From the NCBI GenBank assembly GCA_038212095.1, contig JBBQUW010000012.1, forward strand, positions 3,526 through 67,525: a DNA stretch of 64,000 nucleotides, given 5' to 3'. The notes beneath the pieces were generated by a model. It was not told the origin of the DNA. It was given only the letters and a program-made list of their open reading frames with translations, and did not search any database. The DNA comes from Gaiellales bacterium (GTDB lineage Bacteria; Actinomycetota; Thermoleophilia; Gaiellales; JAICJC01). Shown one piece after another: positions 1 to 9,897 of the stretch. How positions within the stretch are numbered: position 1 is the stretch's first letter; the number at the start of each line of letters is the position of its first letter. Position numbers and translations under genes: made by a program.

Positions 1-746
1 AGCTCGTGCTCCTGGGTAGCTGCGGTTGAATCGTCGATAAGCGTTTCGTAGCTGTGCACGACGCTGTCGGATTTTGCGAGGCGCTGGTCGCGAGCGGTGA
101 GGTGGTATCGCACCAGCTCGTCGGGATCGGAAGGGATCGTCCGCTCGATCCACTGCACGCGGCTGATCGGGGTGCCCTCCCGGCACATGTTGGTCAAAAG
201 TCCCGACCATGCATCCAAGCGCCGGTGCTGCTCGTCACTCGACAACAGCCCGAAGGCCGATACGCGCACCTTCAGGACAGCGGCATAGGTGCGGGCGGTG
301 CGGTCCTTGACCACGCCGATCGAGTGCCGGTCGAGTGACGCCTCGATGATCTCGGTCCCGCGAAGCGACGGCGGAAGCGGCGGGTCGGGGGGCTCTCCCG
401 CGGCGCTCGGATCGCTGGCCGAGCCGCGAAAGCCGGCCCCTATCGACGGCGCGACGTGACGGTTGCTACCAAGCAGGCGTCGCATGCCCGCATAGGCAGC
501 AAGCGGAAGCCACTCCACGGGTTCACGTCCTCGGATCGGGACGAACACAACAACGGCTGTGGCGAGAACGGTGCCCACGGCCAGGATGAGCCCAATCGAT
601 GAGGTGTGTGCGAATGCTCGATACGCGGCGTAGAGGCCCGCGCCGAGAACAGCGATTTGCAGCCACGAGAACGGTGATCCGAATGCGCCGCTCACGGACG
701 CTGGGCCGAATCGGTACATGCGCTGAGTGCTGGTTGGTGTGCTCAT
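1..746 (-). CDS. SCO6880-family (PrgI-like) conjugation membrane protein, 3' end outside window
   Basis: Manual translation from ATG at 746 (overlapping the upstream stop): MSTPTSTQRMYRFGP, two TM segments, then RRLDAWSGLLTNMCREGTPISRVQWIERT. Open to the window edge; lies directly downstream of the VirB6-like gene. Confidence 0.7.
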   Translation of the reverse strand, partial: MSTPTSTQRMYRFGPASVSGAFGSPFSWLQIAVLGAGLYAAYRAFAHTSSIGLILAVGTVLATAVVVFVPIRGREPVEWLPLAAYAGMRRLLGSNRHVAPSIGAGFRGSASDPSAAGEPPDPPLPPSLRGTEIIEASLDRHSIGVVKDRTARTYAAVLKVRVSAFGLLSSDEQHRRLDAWSGLLTNMCREGTPISRVQWIERTIPSDPDELVRYHLTARDQRLAKSDSVVHSYETLIDDSTAATQEHE

Positions 747-2248
747 GTCGACTCCAGGGTGAATGGCTGACGGGTGGAAACGCTCGAGAAGCCATCAGCG
801 GTCTGCGACGCAGCAGGGACCGGCATCGACGCCGTTGCAGCAACAGACGCGCGTGAATCGTTCATGGCTGCTGCTGTGGGAGATGTCCGGTGAGCGTCGG
901 CGGCGCCACCGGGGCTTCGTTGGGGTGATTGATCGGCGGTCCCGCCGGTCTGTCGGGGAGGCATGGCTGCGCCTGCGACCGGCGGCAGGAGCGTTCGCGA
1001 CTCCCCAGCCGCTGCCACCGCAGCGCCCGCGACCGGGCCAGCTGCCCCCGACGCTGCGCCCGCGACAGCGCCAGCGCTGCTTGCCGTTCCCGCAGCGCGA
1101 CCGGTGTGTGCTGACTCCATGAGTGCCGAGCGACTGCTCCCGCGCGACTGCGCTGCGCCAGAGCGCCCGTCGGAACTGGACCCCGATTCTCCATGGGAGT
1201 GGCTGCTTCGCGTGCGGCGAACTGTCTGCACGTTGCTGAGCGTGCTGCGCATCACCTGCGCGGCGCTGGTCACGCCAACGGCGCCTCGGGCGCCGACGCC
1301 TGCCCCGGGGCTCGAAAACGTACCTGCGATTCCCGGGATGATCGACATCAGCAGCATGGGTGAGAAGGCCGCTGCGGCCATCACGCCGAGGCCGACGATC
1401 GCACTCTGGATCGGCGAAGCTGTGCCTTGTCCGGCTGAGGTGAAGGCGCCGGCGCCGAGTGCGAAGCAGGTGAAGATCGCGAACTTCGAGAAGATGAGGA
1501 CAGCGAGCATCTCAAGTGCTTTGCGTGTCATGTGGCGCGTCGCAGGCCATACCTGCACGGCGAGGACCAGCGGCAGGAACAGCGTCACGATGTAGATCAG
1601 CGCAGTGCGGATGACCAGCACCGCGAGGATCACGAGCTGCGCCACGATCACGAACAGGCCGACGATCAGCGCCACCCCGGGTGAGAGCGAATCAGCGGCG
1701 ACCCCCTGCGCGCCGTCGTAGCTTGCGAAGGTCGTTCCCATGTCGTGCAGGAACTGCTGGATCTGGGGGATCGAGCTGCGAAAGGTGTACGCGGTCATCG
1801 CATCGACGAGGCCCAGTGCCAGATCGACGCCGACGGTGACGAGCATCATTGCGACGACCGAGCCGGGAATGTTCACCAGCAGGACGCCGACCATGTCGCC
1901 GATCTTGCCGCGCACGCCTGCGCCGACGATCGCGATCATTGCGGCGATCGCCATGAGCCACATGCTCACGCCCACGGTCCGGCGATACGATTCCGTGAAC
2001 CAGGTGTTGCCTACCCCCACCTGCGGCGCGCCAACGGTCGCGGACGCCTTGATGATCTCGTTGGTCAGCGACCCGACAGCGTCGGCGATCATGCCGACGA
2101 TCGCCTTGCTGGCCGCGTCGATCGCATCCGTCGCCACCCCGCCGGCGGTGGGGAGGTCCACGAACGGTAGTCCCAACGCGCTCGCAGCCGGAGGCATCAC
2201 TGCCACGATCAGCGCAAGCGCCGCCAGCGCCACCAGGGCGCTTCTCAT
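743..2248 (-). CDS. VirB6/TrbL-like polytopic conjugation membrane protein
   Basis: Several TM helices, motif LFLPLVLAVQVWP, low-complexity Ala/Gly/Ser tail; T4SS gene context. Confidence 0.7.
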   Translation of the reverse strand: MRSALVALAALALIVAVMPPAASALGLPFVDLPTAGGVATDAIDAASKAIVGMIADAVGSLTNEIIKASATVGAPQVGVGNTWFTESYRRTVGVSMWLMAIAAMIAIVGAGVRGKIGDMVGVLLVNIPGSVVAMMLVTVGVDLALGLVDAMTAYTFRSSIPQIQQFLHDMGTTFASYDGAQGVAADSLSPGVALIVGLFVIVAQLVILAVLVIRTALIYIVTLFLPLVLAVQVWPATRHMTRKALEMLAVLIFSKFAIFTCFALGAGAFTSAGQGTASPIQSAIVGLGVMAAAAFSPMLLMSIIPGIAGTFSSPGAGVGARGAVGVTSAAQVMRSTLSNVQTVRRTRSSHSHGESGSSSDGRSGAAQSRGSSRSALMESAHTGRAAGTASSAGAVAGAASGAAGPVAGAAVAAAGESRTLLPPVAGAAMPPRQTGGTADQSPQRSPGGAADAHRTSPTAAAMNDSRASVAATASMPVPAASQTADGFSSVSTRQPFTLEST

Positions 2249-2283
2249 GCGATGACGCCACCGGCCGTGTGTCGGGCTTCGTG

Positions 2284-2583
2284 TCACACGAACCACCGAT
2301 TGATGATCGGGATGATGATCGGGATCGCGAGCAGGGTTCCGAATCCTGACATAAGCAGTCCCTTGCCGGTCACCGAGAAGCCGTGGTTTCCGCCGCGGTT
2401 TCCGGCCCACAGCAGTGCAGCGCCGGCGAGGGCTGCGGCAGAGCCGCCGAGTAGTCCGATCAGCTTGATCAGCGCGATCACGTCGGACGCCTTGGCGGCG
2501 ATGTCGGGGTCGTTTGCGGGTGCGGGGTTGGGGATCGCTGCAGCGAGCAGCTGCAGTGCAGTCAGGGTGTGCATGGGTGTCAC
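2284..2583 (-). CDS. TrbC/VirB2-like pilin-type small membrane protein
   Basis: 99 aa, PNPAP motif, two hydrophobic helices, directly upstream of the VirB6-like gene. Confidence 0.6.
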   Translation of the reverse strand: MTPMHTLTALQLLAAAIPNPAPANDPDIAAKASDVIALIKLIGLLGGSAAALAGAALLWAGNRGGNHGFSVTGKGLLMSGFGTLLAIPIIIPIINRWFV

Positions 2584-2930
2584 CTTTCGGGGTCGGGTTG
2601 GAGGTAGGCCGCGCGATACAGTGCGCAGTAGAGAAGTCGTAGATCGCGCTCGCGGCGCGAGATACCGAGGTTCAATCCGCTGACGGCGAGAAGCAGCGCG
2701 CGAAAGCCCAATGTGGGAACGGGACAGGCGATCCAGTCGAGTGCGCGCTGGACGAGCTCGGGAGAGGCATCCGCAGGATGCACGAGCCTGGACACCTGGA
2801 CCGAGTTGGGTAGGACGGTGTCACCCGCGAGCGCGGGCGCGTCGAAGCGTGCTGGCGTGACGAATGGCACGGGTGCGTCGTCGTCATCGTTCAGCAGCAG
2901 GCCAGTATTGGCTGACGTGTTGGCGGCCAT
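2580..2930 (-). CDS. hypothetical protein, first gene of conjugation operon
   Basis: RBS GAAGGAG upstream; stop overlaps the next gene. Confidence 0.55.
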   Translation of the reverse strand: MAANTSANTGLLLNDDDDAPVPFVTPARFDAPALAGDTVLPNSVQVSRLVHPADASPELVQRALDWIACPVPTLGFRALLLAVSGLNLGISRRERDLRLLYCALYRAAYLQPDPER

Positions 2931-2961
2931 GTCGCGCAGGCTCCTTCGCAGAGGCGTCGGA

Positions 2962-3108
2962 GGCTGCGCGCGGGCGACAGAGGCGGTATGGAGAAGAGAA
3001 CTCGAGAAGCGAATAGGAGCTCAGCAGACCGCAGCCAAGTCGCAACCCGCATTCACGGGCTGCTACTACAATCATCGGCACGGTACCCCAACCCTTGAGC
3101 CAACTTTT
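2962..3108 (-). promoter_or_regulatory. sigma28-like promoter plus conserved structured leader, copy 1
   Basis: Minus strand AAAGTTGGC-TCAAG-N14-GCCGATGA, then GGCTGCGGTCTG...CTGTCGCCCGCGCGCAGCC. Confidence 0.7.
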
Positions 3109-3114
3109 CAAGTT

Positions 3115-4116
3115 TTACCGATTGAATCCAAGGTGGATGTGGTCGCAGTGGTCGGATGCAGCGAACGCGTCACCAGATGCTGCTCCGTCGGGGTCGAAGC
3201 AGTAGATGAGCTCTGTGGAGTGCAGTGGCCCGCGAAGGCGCGCAAGTTGCACGACGAGACGCCCGCAGTTACCGGTGCGGGTGCCGGTACAAGCCTCGCC
3301 ATCGACGTCGGAAATGTCGACTGCGCGACCGAATCCGTGGTTCGAGAGGTTGCCACTGCTCGTGAATGGAGAGTGGTCACATTTCAGCGATGAGATTCCA
3401 ACCTTGTGCTGCTGAGCAGTGGTTGCGATCACCGTCACGACGCGCGGGTCGATTCGGCCACCCAGCAAATCGGCGCGCTGGCACGCACTGTGCAGTAGCA
3501 CGTTCGGGTTCGATGCGACGTCTTGGGGAGAGGCAAAGCCCGCGATCGGTGACATCTCCGATGCCTGGTGGTACTTGTCGGCCCATTGCATGACTTCGAG
3601 GTAGTAGGCCTCGGATTGGTTGTAGCGCAGGAGCGCGCGGTGCCAATCCGTCGGTGCGCCGTTTGCGTTTGTGTAGCGGGCCGCTCCGGGGATCGCGTCT
3701 GCGGGGTCGTAGACGTCTCGCGTACCGTCGTGGTTGCCGTCGACACCGTAGGAGCCCCAGGTGTCGCCGACGCACACGCGGCAGCCCGCGGCCGTGCTGA
3801 CGGCGAACTGCATGGGGCCTGCGCAGCAGCCGTACGCGTTGACGCCGCTGTGCACACCGGCTGCGGTGGAGCGTCCGTGATCGGTCTCGATCTTGCCGAT
3901 GCCAGCCAGCATCCACCAGTCGGTTTGGTACTTCGCGCCGGCATCGAGGTACAGCTGCAGGTAGGCGGGCGGGATGTCCGACAGTGCAAGGCTGCTCGGC
4001 AGTCCCGTGCTCGACTGGGTCGACGATGCGCCAGCCATGATCAGCATCAGGAACGCTGTGAGCCCGAGGACAAGTAGGGCGGGGACAGTGATCGCAAGTT
4101 TCCGGCTGCGACTCAT
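3115..4116 (-). CDS. lytic transglycosylase (SLT-like, VirB1 analogue) with C-terminal peptidase-like domain
   Basis: N-terminal TM, LAGIGKIETDHG, AGPMQF, ALLRYN motifs; C-terminal SNHGFGRAVD and DHIH. Confidence 0.8.
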   Translation of the reverse strand: MSRSRKLAITVPALLVLGLTAFLMLIMAGASSTQSSTGLPSSLALSDIPPAYLQLYLDAGAKYQTDWWMLAGIGKIETDHGRSTAAGVHSGVNAYGCCAGPMQFAVSTAAGCRVCVGDTWGSYGVDGNHDGTRDVYDPADAIPGAARYTNANGAPTDWHRALLRYNQSEAYYLEVMQWADKYHQASEMSPIAGFASPQDVASNPNVLLHSACQRADLLGGRIDPRVVTVIATTAQQHKVGISSLKCDHSPFTSSGNLSNHGFGRAVDISDVDGEACTGTRTGNCGRLVVQLARLRGPLHSTELIYCFDPDGAASGDAFAASDHCDHIHLGFNR

Positions 4117-4227
4117 GACCGACTCCGAAATGGTGGCGGGCGGCGGCCCCATGTCAGGGGGGAGCCGGAGGGGACGGGAATGGAGCCGCCGCCGCGCCTG
4201 GTGGGGGTGGTCATGGTCGTCGCGAAA

Positions 4228-6336
4228 TCATCCACACACCGGGAACGTGTACCGGGCCGGAGCGATCTTGTTGCCAGCGGGGTCGACTGCTGTCAGCGTT
4301 ACCGGAAGGCGCAAGCACTTGCCGGGCTTGAGACCGAGCTTGAGCGCAACGGCCCCACGCACCACGATCCTGATGTGGTTGGTTCGCCCAGGAAGCACCG
4401 TGGCTGATCGGGTGATTCGCTTGGGAAGCGTGAGCTTCGCGGAAGCCCTTTCGGTGGTCTTGAGCTGGAAGTCCAAGCCGCGTCGGATCACGTTCCGGCG
4501 GAGCGGCAACGCCATGCTCACGATCGGAGCGACGTGGTCGAGGCCGGGGATGCCGCTTGTGCCGAACGCCTTGTCACACGCCGGGTCGGGGTAGAAGGAC
4601 CGACACCACGGAGCCGAGCCGACCGCGTTGAATGCGTACGCGAAGCTGGCCGGGGCGAGCGTGGTTCCGGTGAGCGACATCGCCAGCGGGCCGGGCGTCG
4701 TGATCGTGGCGACCATGTCGACACTGCCGTCGGGCGATGCGTCCTTGCCGGCGATGACCGTTCCGTCTTTGCTGATCTCGAAGCGTCCCGAGCCAACCGG
4801 ACGACCGTGCACCACCGCGATGGCAACGACTTCGTAGGACTGTCGCTCGAACACCATTGCCGGTGAGGACATGACGTACAGACCGTCGAAGCCGGGAGGC
4901 GTGATCGCGTCACTCGATGCGGTATAGGTGATCGGAACGTCGAGACGGTTGCCGGCAACATCGGAGATGCTGACTACGAAGGTGTGCTCGCCGTTGACGA
5001 TATGACCGACCGCAGCCTGCAGACGATCGGTCGAACCCGTGACCGCCAGCGGTTGCCCGTCGATGGTCACTGACCAGCTCGCTGGATTCACACCGCTCTT
5101 GTCATCGGATGCTTGCACGTCGATCGTCGGGCTGTTGCCGTTGTCGATCGCTGCTGGCAGCGTGACGACGAGCGTGGGCTTGGTCGTGTCGACGACCTCG
5201 ATCGACCGGTTGGTGGTCGTCGCGTTGCCGACGTTGTCCACCACCCGCAGCGATACGGCGTGCGTACCAAGCGAGAGATCGGCAGGAGCCGCGAACGTGG
5301 CAGCTCCACCGCTGGAGGCCGTCTGAACGGCGACGCCGTCAATGCTCGCCTGCACGCTCGCAACGCCGCTGTCCGCATCGCTTGCCGCAAACTCGAAGCT
5401 GGGACGGTAGGTGGAGTAGTTCTGTCCATCGACGATAGAGGTCGACGCAGCTGGGCTTGTGAGATCCCAGCGCTGCGTGGCGATCGTGGTGGATACCTGA
5501 TTGCCCGAGTAGTCCGACGCGGCGATGGCGTAGGAGTGCACACCCGTCGATCCGGGATTGGCGAGGCACACGCCGAACGGCGCGCTCGATGCCCCAGGCT
5601 GGGGCCCGGTGACCGCCGCGGGGTTCTGCCAGGCGTACTCGACCTGTCCATCGCGGTAGAGCTGGCTGCGCCACGCTCCAGAGCCGGAATCTCCCACGGT
5701 CCACCGAAGCGAGTTGCAGGTGTTTGGGCCGATCCATCCGCTTGGTGCAACGACTCCGCTGACGACAGGGTTGCTCGTGTCATGGAACGAAAGCACCGCC
5801 GAGTTGATGGTGACGTTGTTGGTGGTGCTCGTAACGGAGGTCGACCTGTCGAAGATGAGCGCAATGTCGACGTGATGGCCAGCGGTATAGGTGTCATAGC
5901 TCGGCGCCCCGGGAGAGCATGTCCCGCGCGTGCCAGCGCCGTAGGTCTTGCCGTAGATGATGCTGTTGTCGCCGTCGACGATGTAGTACAGGAAGTCGTT
6001 GCTGGTGTTGACCGTGCTGGTGAAGCAGAACCGATAGAGGCTCAGGCCTGTTGGCACGTAGAACTGGTACTGGCCGTACGAGCCGCCTGAGTAGGTGCTG
6101 GGCGGGGCGTAGATCCGGTTCGTGGTGATCTGCCACGGCGGGCTTCCCGAGCTTGACCCGCGCCAGTACGGACCGGCAACGTTGATCGGTAGGCCAGACG
6201 AGCCATAGGTGATCGAGTAGTCACCAGCATGCGCCGGCGCAGCGAGTGATGCCAGCGCGGCGATCATGACGATCAGGCAGATGACGAGCCGCCGGACGCG
6301 AGAGCGTCGACAGTTGGCAGTGAGGTTGCTTTGCAT
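4228..6336 (-). CDS. secreted Ig-like repeat protein (adhesin candidate)
   Basis: Signal peptide (AAPAHA); repeated SD-x-x-SGV...D-x-(A/V)GN bacterial Ig-like motifs. Confidence 0.7.
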   Translation of the reverse strand: MQSNLTANCRRSRVRRLVICLIVMIAALASLAAPAHAGDYSITYGSSGLPINVAGPYWRGSSSGSPPWQITTNRIYAPPSTYSGGSYGQYQFYVPTGLSLYRFCFTSTVNTSNDFLYYIVDGDNSIIYGKTYGAGTRGTCSPGAPSYDTYTAGHHVDIALIFDRSTSVTSTTNNVTINSAVLSFHDTSNPVVSGVVAPSGWIGPNTCNSLRWTVGDSGSGAWRSQLYRDGQVEYAWQNPAAVTGPQPGASSAPFGVCLANPGSTGVHSYAIAASDYSGNQVSTTIATQRWDLTSPAASTSIVDGQNYSTYRPSFEFAASDADSGVASVQASIDGVAVQTASSGGAATFAAPADLSLGTHAVSLRVVDNVGNATTTNRSIEVVDTTKPTLVVTLPAAIDNGNSPTIDVQASDDKSGVNPASWSVTIDGQPLAVTGSTDRLQAAVGHIVNGEHTFVVSISDVAGNRLDVPITYTASSDAITPPGFDGLYVMSSPAMVFERQSYEVVAIAVVHGRPVGSGRFEISKDGTVIAGKDASPDGSVDMVATITTPGPLAMSLTGTTLAPASFAYAFNAVGSAPWCRSFYPDPACDKAFGTSGIPGLDHVAPIVSMALPLRRNVIRRGLDFQLKTTERASAKLTLPKRITRSATVLPGRTNHIRIVVRGAVALKLGLKPGKCLRLPVTLTAVDPAGNKIAPARYTFPVCG

Positions 6337-6373
6337 CGCACGAGCTCCTTCGAGACACAACTACGTGGTCGAA

Positions 6374-6512
6374 GGCTGCGCGAGGCGACAGAGGCGGTAG
6401 GGTTGAATCAAGCGAAGCGAAAAAGCTCAACAGACCGCAGCCAGTAGGACAACCGTGTCGGTGGCCCTATCTCAACTATCGGCCGAGTTGGGGAACCCTT
6501 GAGCCAACTTTT
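6374..6512 (-). promoter_or_regulatory. sigma28-like promoter plus conserved structured leader, copy 2
   Basis: AAAGTTGGC-TCAAG-N14-GCCGATAG, then GGCTGCGGTCTGTTGAGC...CTGTCGCCTCGCGCAGCC. Confidence 0.7.
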
Positions 6513-6951
6513 TCGGGAGCCGGGCCTCTTCGCGAGCGCGAGATGTCAGTCGAGAAGCGATCCGCGAAGACATTGGTGCCCGGGCAGGCAACGCTTCAAG
6601 TCATGCAACCACCCCCACCGGGAATCGTCGCGGCGTCGTCTCCAACCCGGGCACCCAATGCCCACATGGTAGCGGTCTTCGCAGCTCGCGCAAATCAAGA
6701 CGAAACGCGTGCAGGCATTTTGCGGATCGAGAAAATGCCAGAAACCCCTTGTATGCGCGGAATTGCCGCTACTATGTGGTTCAAGTCCGATAGATGTCAG
6801 TCGGGCGTGGAACTGACAAGCGACTGACACCCGAGGAAGGCGCATGAAGTGCATTACCGCTGCGAACCCGAACATCGATCCATGTCGACTGACACGAGCG
6901 CAGCGCCTGACAGCGCCACACGTACCATGAGATTGCGAAGGAGCACCGAAG

Positions 6952-7284
6952 ATGTGGATGAACGTAGCCTGCCTCGTCGGCAGGGCAGCCTCCGAGCCCA
7001 AGAAGCGAACGACAGCCAACGGCACCGAGTACGTGACGTTGCGCGTAGCGGTTCGCCGTAGCAACCAGCACACCGACTTCTTCACGGTCGAGATGTGGGG
7101 GCAGCTCGCCCGCCACGCACTCGACCAGGTGACAGTCGGACGGCTACTTTCGCTGCGATGCGAGCTGCGACAGCAGGAGTGGGGATCTGGCGAGGACCGC
7201 AAAGAGAAGGTGTCACTCGTGGTCCGCAAGCTGGGCTTCCTGACCCCACGCGGAAACGCATCGGTCGAAGCCGACGCTGCATAG
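6952..7284 (+). CDS. ssb: single-stranded DNA-binding protein
   Basis: MNVACLVGR...TDFFTVEMWGQLA OB-fold signature; RBS GAAGGAG. Confidence 0.85.
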   Translation: MWMNVACLVGRAASEPKKRTTANGTEYVTLRVAVRRSNQHTDFFTVEMWGQLARHALDQVTVGRLLSLRCELRQQEWGSGEDRKEKVSLVVRKLGFLTPRGNASVEADAA

Positions 7285-7373
7285 ATGTCGGAGGTCGTTG
7301 AACGGTCGCCTTCTGGCGGACTCTCGTGCCTGCCGCGTACAATCGTGCTCCCAGCAGTCACGAGGAGCATCAG

Positions 7374-7838
7374 ATGGCATCGACAGCCACCCGAACGAAG
7401 CCCGCAGCGAAGCGCAAAGCTGCGCCGAAGCAAGGCGCCGTCAGCAATCTCAACGCCCCACGATGGACCGATCGCGAGGTCAAGATCCTCCTCGACGCCG
7501 TTACCTCCTCGCCAACGGCCAAGGCCGGAATCGAGAATGCCGCCGGCGTGCTCGGCAAGACCGTCGGCACGTGTTCGCAGAAGTATTACTCGCTCAAGCG
7601 CAAGGAGAACGGCGGTCGCAAGCGCACCGGGCGCAAGGCGGCGGCCCCCGCGACGAAGCGAAGCGCAAGCGCGACGCGACAGCCCGCTTCCCGGACCGCT
7701 CCGGCGCCCCGCAAGCCGAGCATCGACGTTGCGTCGATGAGCAACGTCGAGCTGTCGAAGCTCGTTGCGGTCGCCACGACCGAGCTGCAGCGACGCATGG
7801 TTGAGCTCGAGGCCAACGTCCGCAAGCTCTTGGGCTGA
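7374..7838 (+). CDS. Lys/Ala-rich Myb/SANT-like DNA-binding protein
   Basis: RWTDREVKILL...GKTVGTCSQKYY Myb-like pattern, histone-like basic linker, C-terminal coiled coil; RBS GAGGAG. Confidence 0.55.
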   Translation: MASTATRTKPAAKRKAAPKQGAVSNLNAPRWTDREVKILLDAVTSSPTAKAGIENAAGVLGKTVGTCSQKYYSLKRKENGGRKRTGRKAAAPATKRSASATRQPASRTAPAPRKPSIDVASMSNVELSKLVAVATTELQRRMVELEANVRKLLG

Positions 7839-7844
7839 CCGCGA

Positions 7845-8699
7845 ATGCCCGAGATCATCATCCCGGGCGCTGTCGGAAATACGCCCAACCGCACCGACGC
7901 TGCCTCGGCCATCGCGCAGCATGTCGGTTCGTTCGGCGCGTCCAATACACCCGCCGACATCAAGCGCGTGCTCGAGTGGTTCGTCGACGAAGGCTGCGTC
8001 ATGTCGCTCCGAACCGATGGCGCGGGAAAGGTTCACGAAACGCACGCCTGCTATTCGGATGGCAGCGCGATGCAGTTCTACGGCGCGATCGTCGACGTGA
8101 GCGCGAGCCTGCTGCATGGATTCGTCAAGTACGACCTCCATCTGCATGCGGCGACGCCGTACGTGCATCTTGAGCTGTTGCTCAAGAACCCGCTCGAGAG
8201 CGCATCGATGATGAGGCGCCACCTACGTCGGGCCTATGAGTGCCTCGTGCATGCGGGCATCTCGCGCCTGACCCTCGAGGCGGGGCTGAGCGGCGGACCG
8301 ACGTACTGGGCCAACGCAGGCGCGGACTTCCAGGGCGGGCGTGCGCTGCTCAACCACATCCACGTGCTCGCGGCATTTCTCGGGGACTGCGAGCTTGCTG
8401 ATGTCGGGCAACTCGACACGCCCGGCGACGTGAGGCAATTCAACCTCGCCGCGGAGGTGTCGATCGCTGAGGCCTTCAAGTGCTCGCAGCTGCTGAGCTC
8501 GATCGAGGGGACCGGCCAGACCTGGGTCGCGGCAGGACAGCTGGACCATAAGCGCGACACCCTCATGCTCGATATCGACACGCCACGCTCGGTGGGGGAG
8601 GCGATTCTCTTTGCGATCGGCCCGTGGAACGGGGTGTTCGACCTGTCGGAGCCGGGCGTATCGGACGCTCGATTCCGCCGATTCCTGGGTCTTGCGTGA
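7845..8699 (+). CDS. hypothetical protein, possible GNAT-like fold
   Basis: 284-aa ORF; GISRLTLEAGLSGGPTYWANAG resembles GNAT motif B. Confidence 0.5.
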   Translation: MPEIIIPGAVGNTPNRTDAASAIAQHVGSFGASNTPADIKRVLEWFVDEGCVMSLRTDGAGKVHETHACYSDGSAMQFYGAIVDVSASLLHGFVKYDLHLHAATPYVHLELLLKNPLESASMMRRHLRRAYECLVHAGISRLTLEAGLSGGPTYWANAGADFQGGRALLNHIHVLAAFLGDCELADVGQLDTPGDVRQFNLAAEVSIAEAFKCSQLLSSIEGTGQTWVAAGQLDHKRDTLMLDIDTPRSVGEAILFAIGPWNGVFDLSEPGVSDARFRRFLGLA

Positions 8700-8794
8700 A
8701 TCTAGATCGGGTTTTGTGGGGATATACAGGGGTATATCGGTTGCGCAAACGGAATCGCCACGCTACCATGGGACCTGAAACGAAGGAGAACCCC

Positions 8795-9217
8795 ATGTCC
8801 GCGCCACTTGAGTCGATCATCGACTACGACGCTCTCGCGAACGCTGTCGCTCGTGAGCAGCAGGCGCGTGGGCTGGACCAGAAGCGCATCGCGCTGGCAG
8901 CAGGCATCGAGAGCTCCAAGCTGTCGAACCTGCTCAAGCATCGCGGCGGCTTGTCGGTGAACAACCTGTTCGCGATCTGCGATTGGCTCGGAGAGCCGGT
9001 GGACGCATACCGCGTGAAGCAGGCGCCCAAGTGGCTCGTCGAGCGGCTCGCTAGCGGCAATCGCCTCTCGCTTGATGAAGCGCAGCGCCTCGCTGATGAA
9101 CGAGCGGGCGCGGCGCGTCGGCAGCTTGCCGCGGCCAACGAGATCGAATCGCTCTCGACGGATGACGTCGATGCGATCGTCGCAGCCGCAAGTGAGGCAG
9201 CAACGCACGCTCGTTGA
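8795..9217 (+). CDS. XRE-family helix-turn-helix regulator
   Basis: RGLDQKRIALAAGIESSKLSNLL HTH; RBS AAGGAG. Confidence 0.75.
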   Translation: MSAPLESIIDYDALANAVAREQQARGLDQKRIALAAGIESSKLSNLLKHRGGLSVNNLFAICDWLGEPVDAYRVKQAPKWLVERLASGNRLSLDEAQRLADERAGAARRQLAAANEIESLSTDDVDAIVAAASEAATHAR

Positions 9218-9262
9218 CGCCGCGCAAATCGCGCCTGTGCAGTCAGCCGAATTCGCTGTCGT

Positions 9263-9871
9263 TCACGCGAGCGGCGTGCAGCCCGCGGGTGGATCACCCA
9301 TGACGATCGGCGTCGAGAGCTGCGCCCATCCGCCGAACAAGTCGCCGGTTGGGTAGGCGTAGAAGCGAACGGCAGTGATGGTCTTGCCCGCGAAGTAGTC
9401 CCAGTTTTCGATGCGGACTTCCGTGTCGGACCAGGGGAGCTGGAACCACGGCACGACAGATCCCTTCGTGAATCCGTAGGCGGTGCCGTCGAGCGTCACG
9501 TCCAGTTCGGTCGAGGCGTTGAGCCCGCCGTCTGCTTTCGCGACGGCGATACTTCGCGAGGCGGTCTTCGTGACAGTGAACGGCCCCGCTTGGCGGACGA
9601 CCGTGAGGGGACTTGGGGCGGTCGGATCGCAGGTCGCAGGTGGCGGCGGCGGCGGCGGTGGTGGGAGAGTCACCGGCGGCGGATCGACCGGTGGGGGCGG
9701 CGGTGGCGGCACGCAGTGCTTGTTGTGTTCGGCAACGATCGAGCGCGCCGGCGCGGCGGCCTTGGCGCAGGCCGGGACAGGTTGCATTTCGCGCGCGTGC
9801 GCAGGCGTAGTCGTAGCCAGCGCTGTGGTGAGCGCCAGTGTGATGGGGAGGATGTGGCGTGCGGGGTTCAT
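9263..9871 (-). CDS. secreted proline-rich hypothetical protein
   Basis: Signal peptide (TPAHA), poly-Pro linker, paired cysteines. Confidence 0.65.
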   Translation of the reverse strand: MNPARHILPITLALTTALATTTPAHAREMQPVPACAKAAAPARSIVAEHNKHCVPPPPPPPVDPPPVTLPPPPPPPPPATCDPTAPSPLTVVRQAGPFTVTKTASRSIAVAKADGGLNASTELDVTLDGTAYGFTKGSVVPWFQLPWSDTEVRIENWDYFAGKTITAVRFYAYPTGDLFGGWAQLSTPIVMGDPPAGCTPLA

Positions 9872-9897
9872 GGGGAGGGTCTCCAGTTGGGGGTCGG

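Noticed and set aside
9640-9710. GGC/GGT-rich repeat tract
   Set aside because: Encodes the poly-proline linker of the secreted protein.
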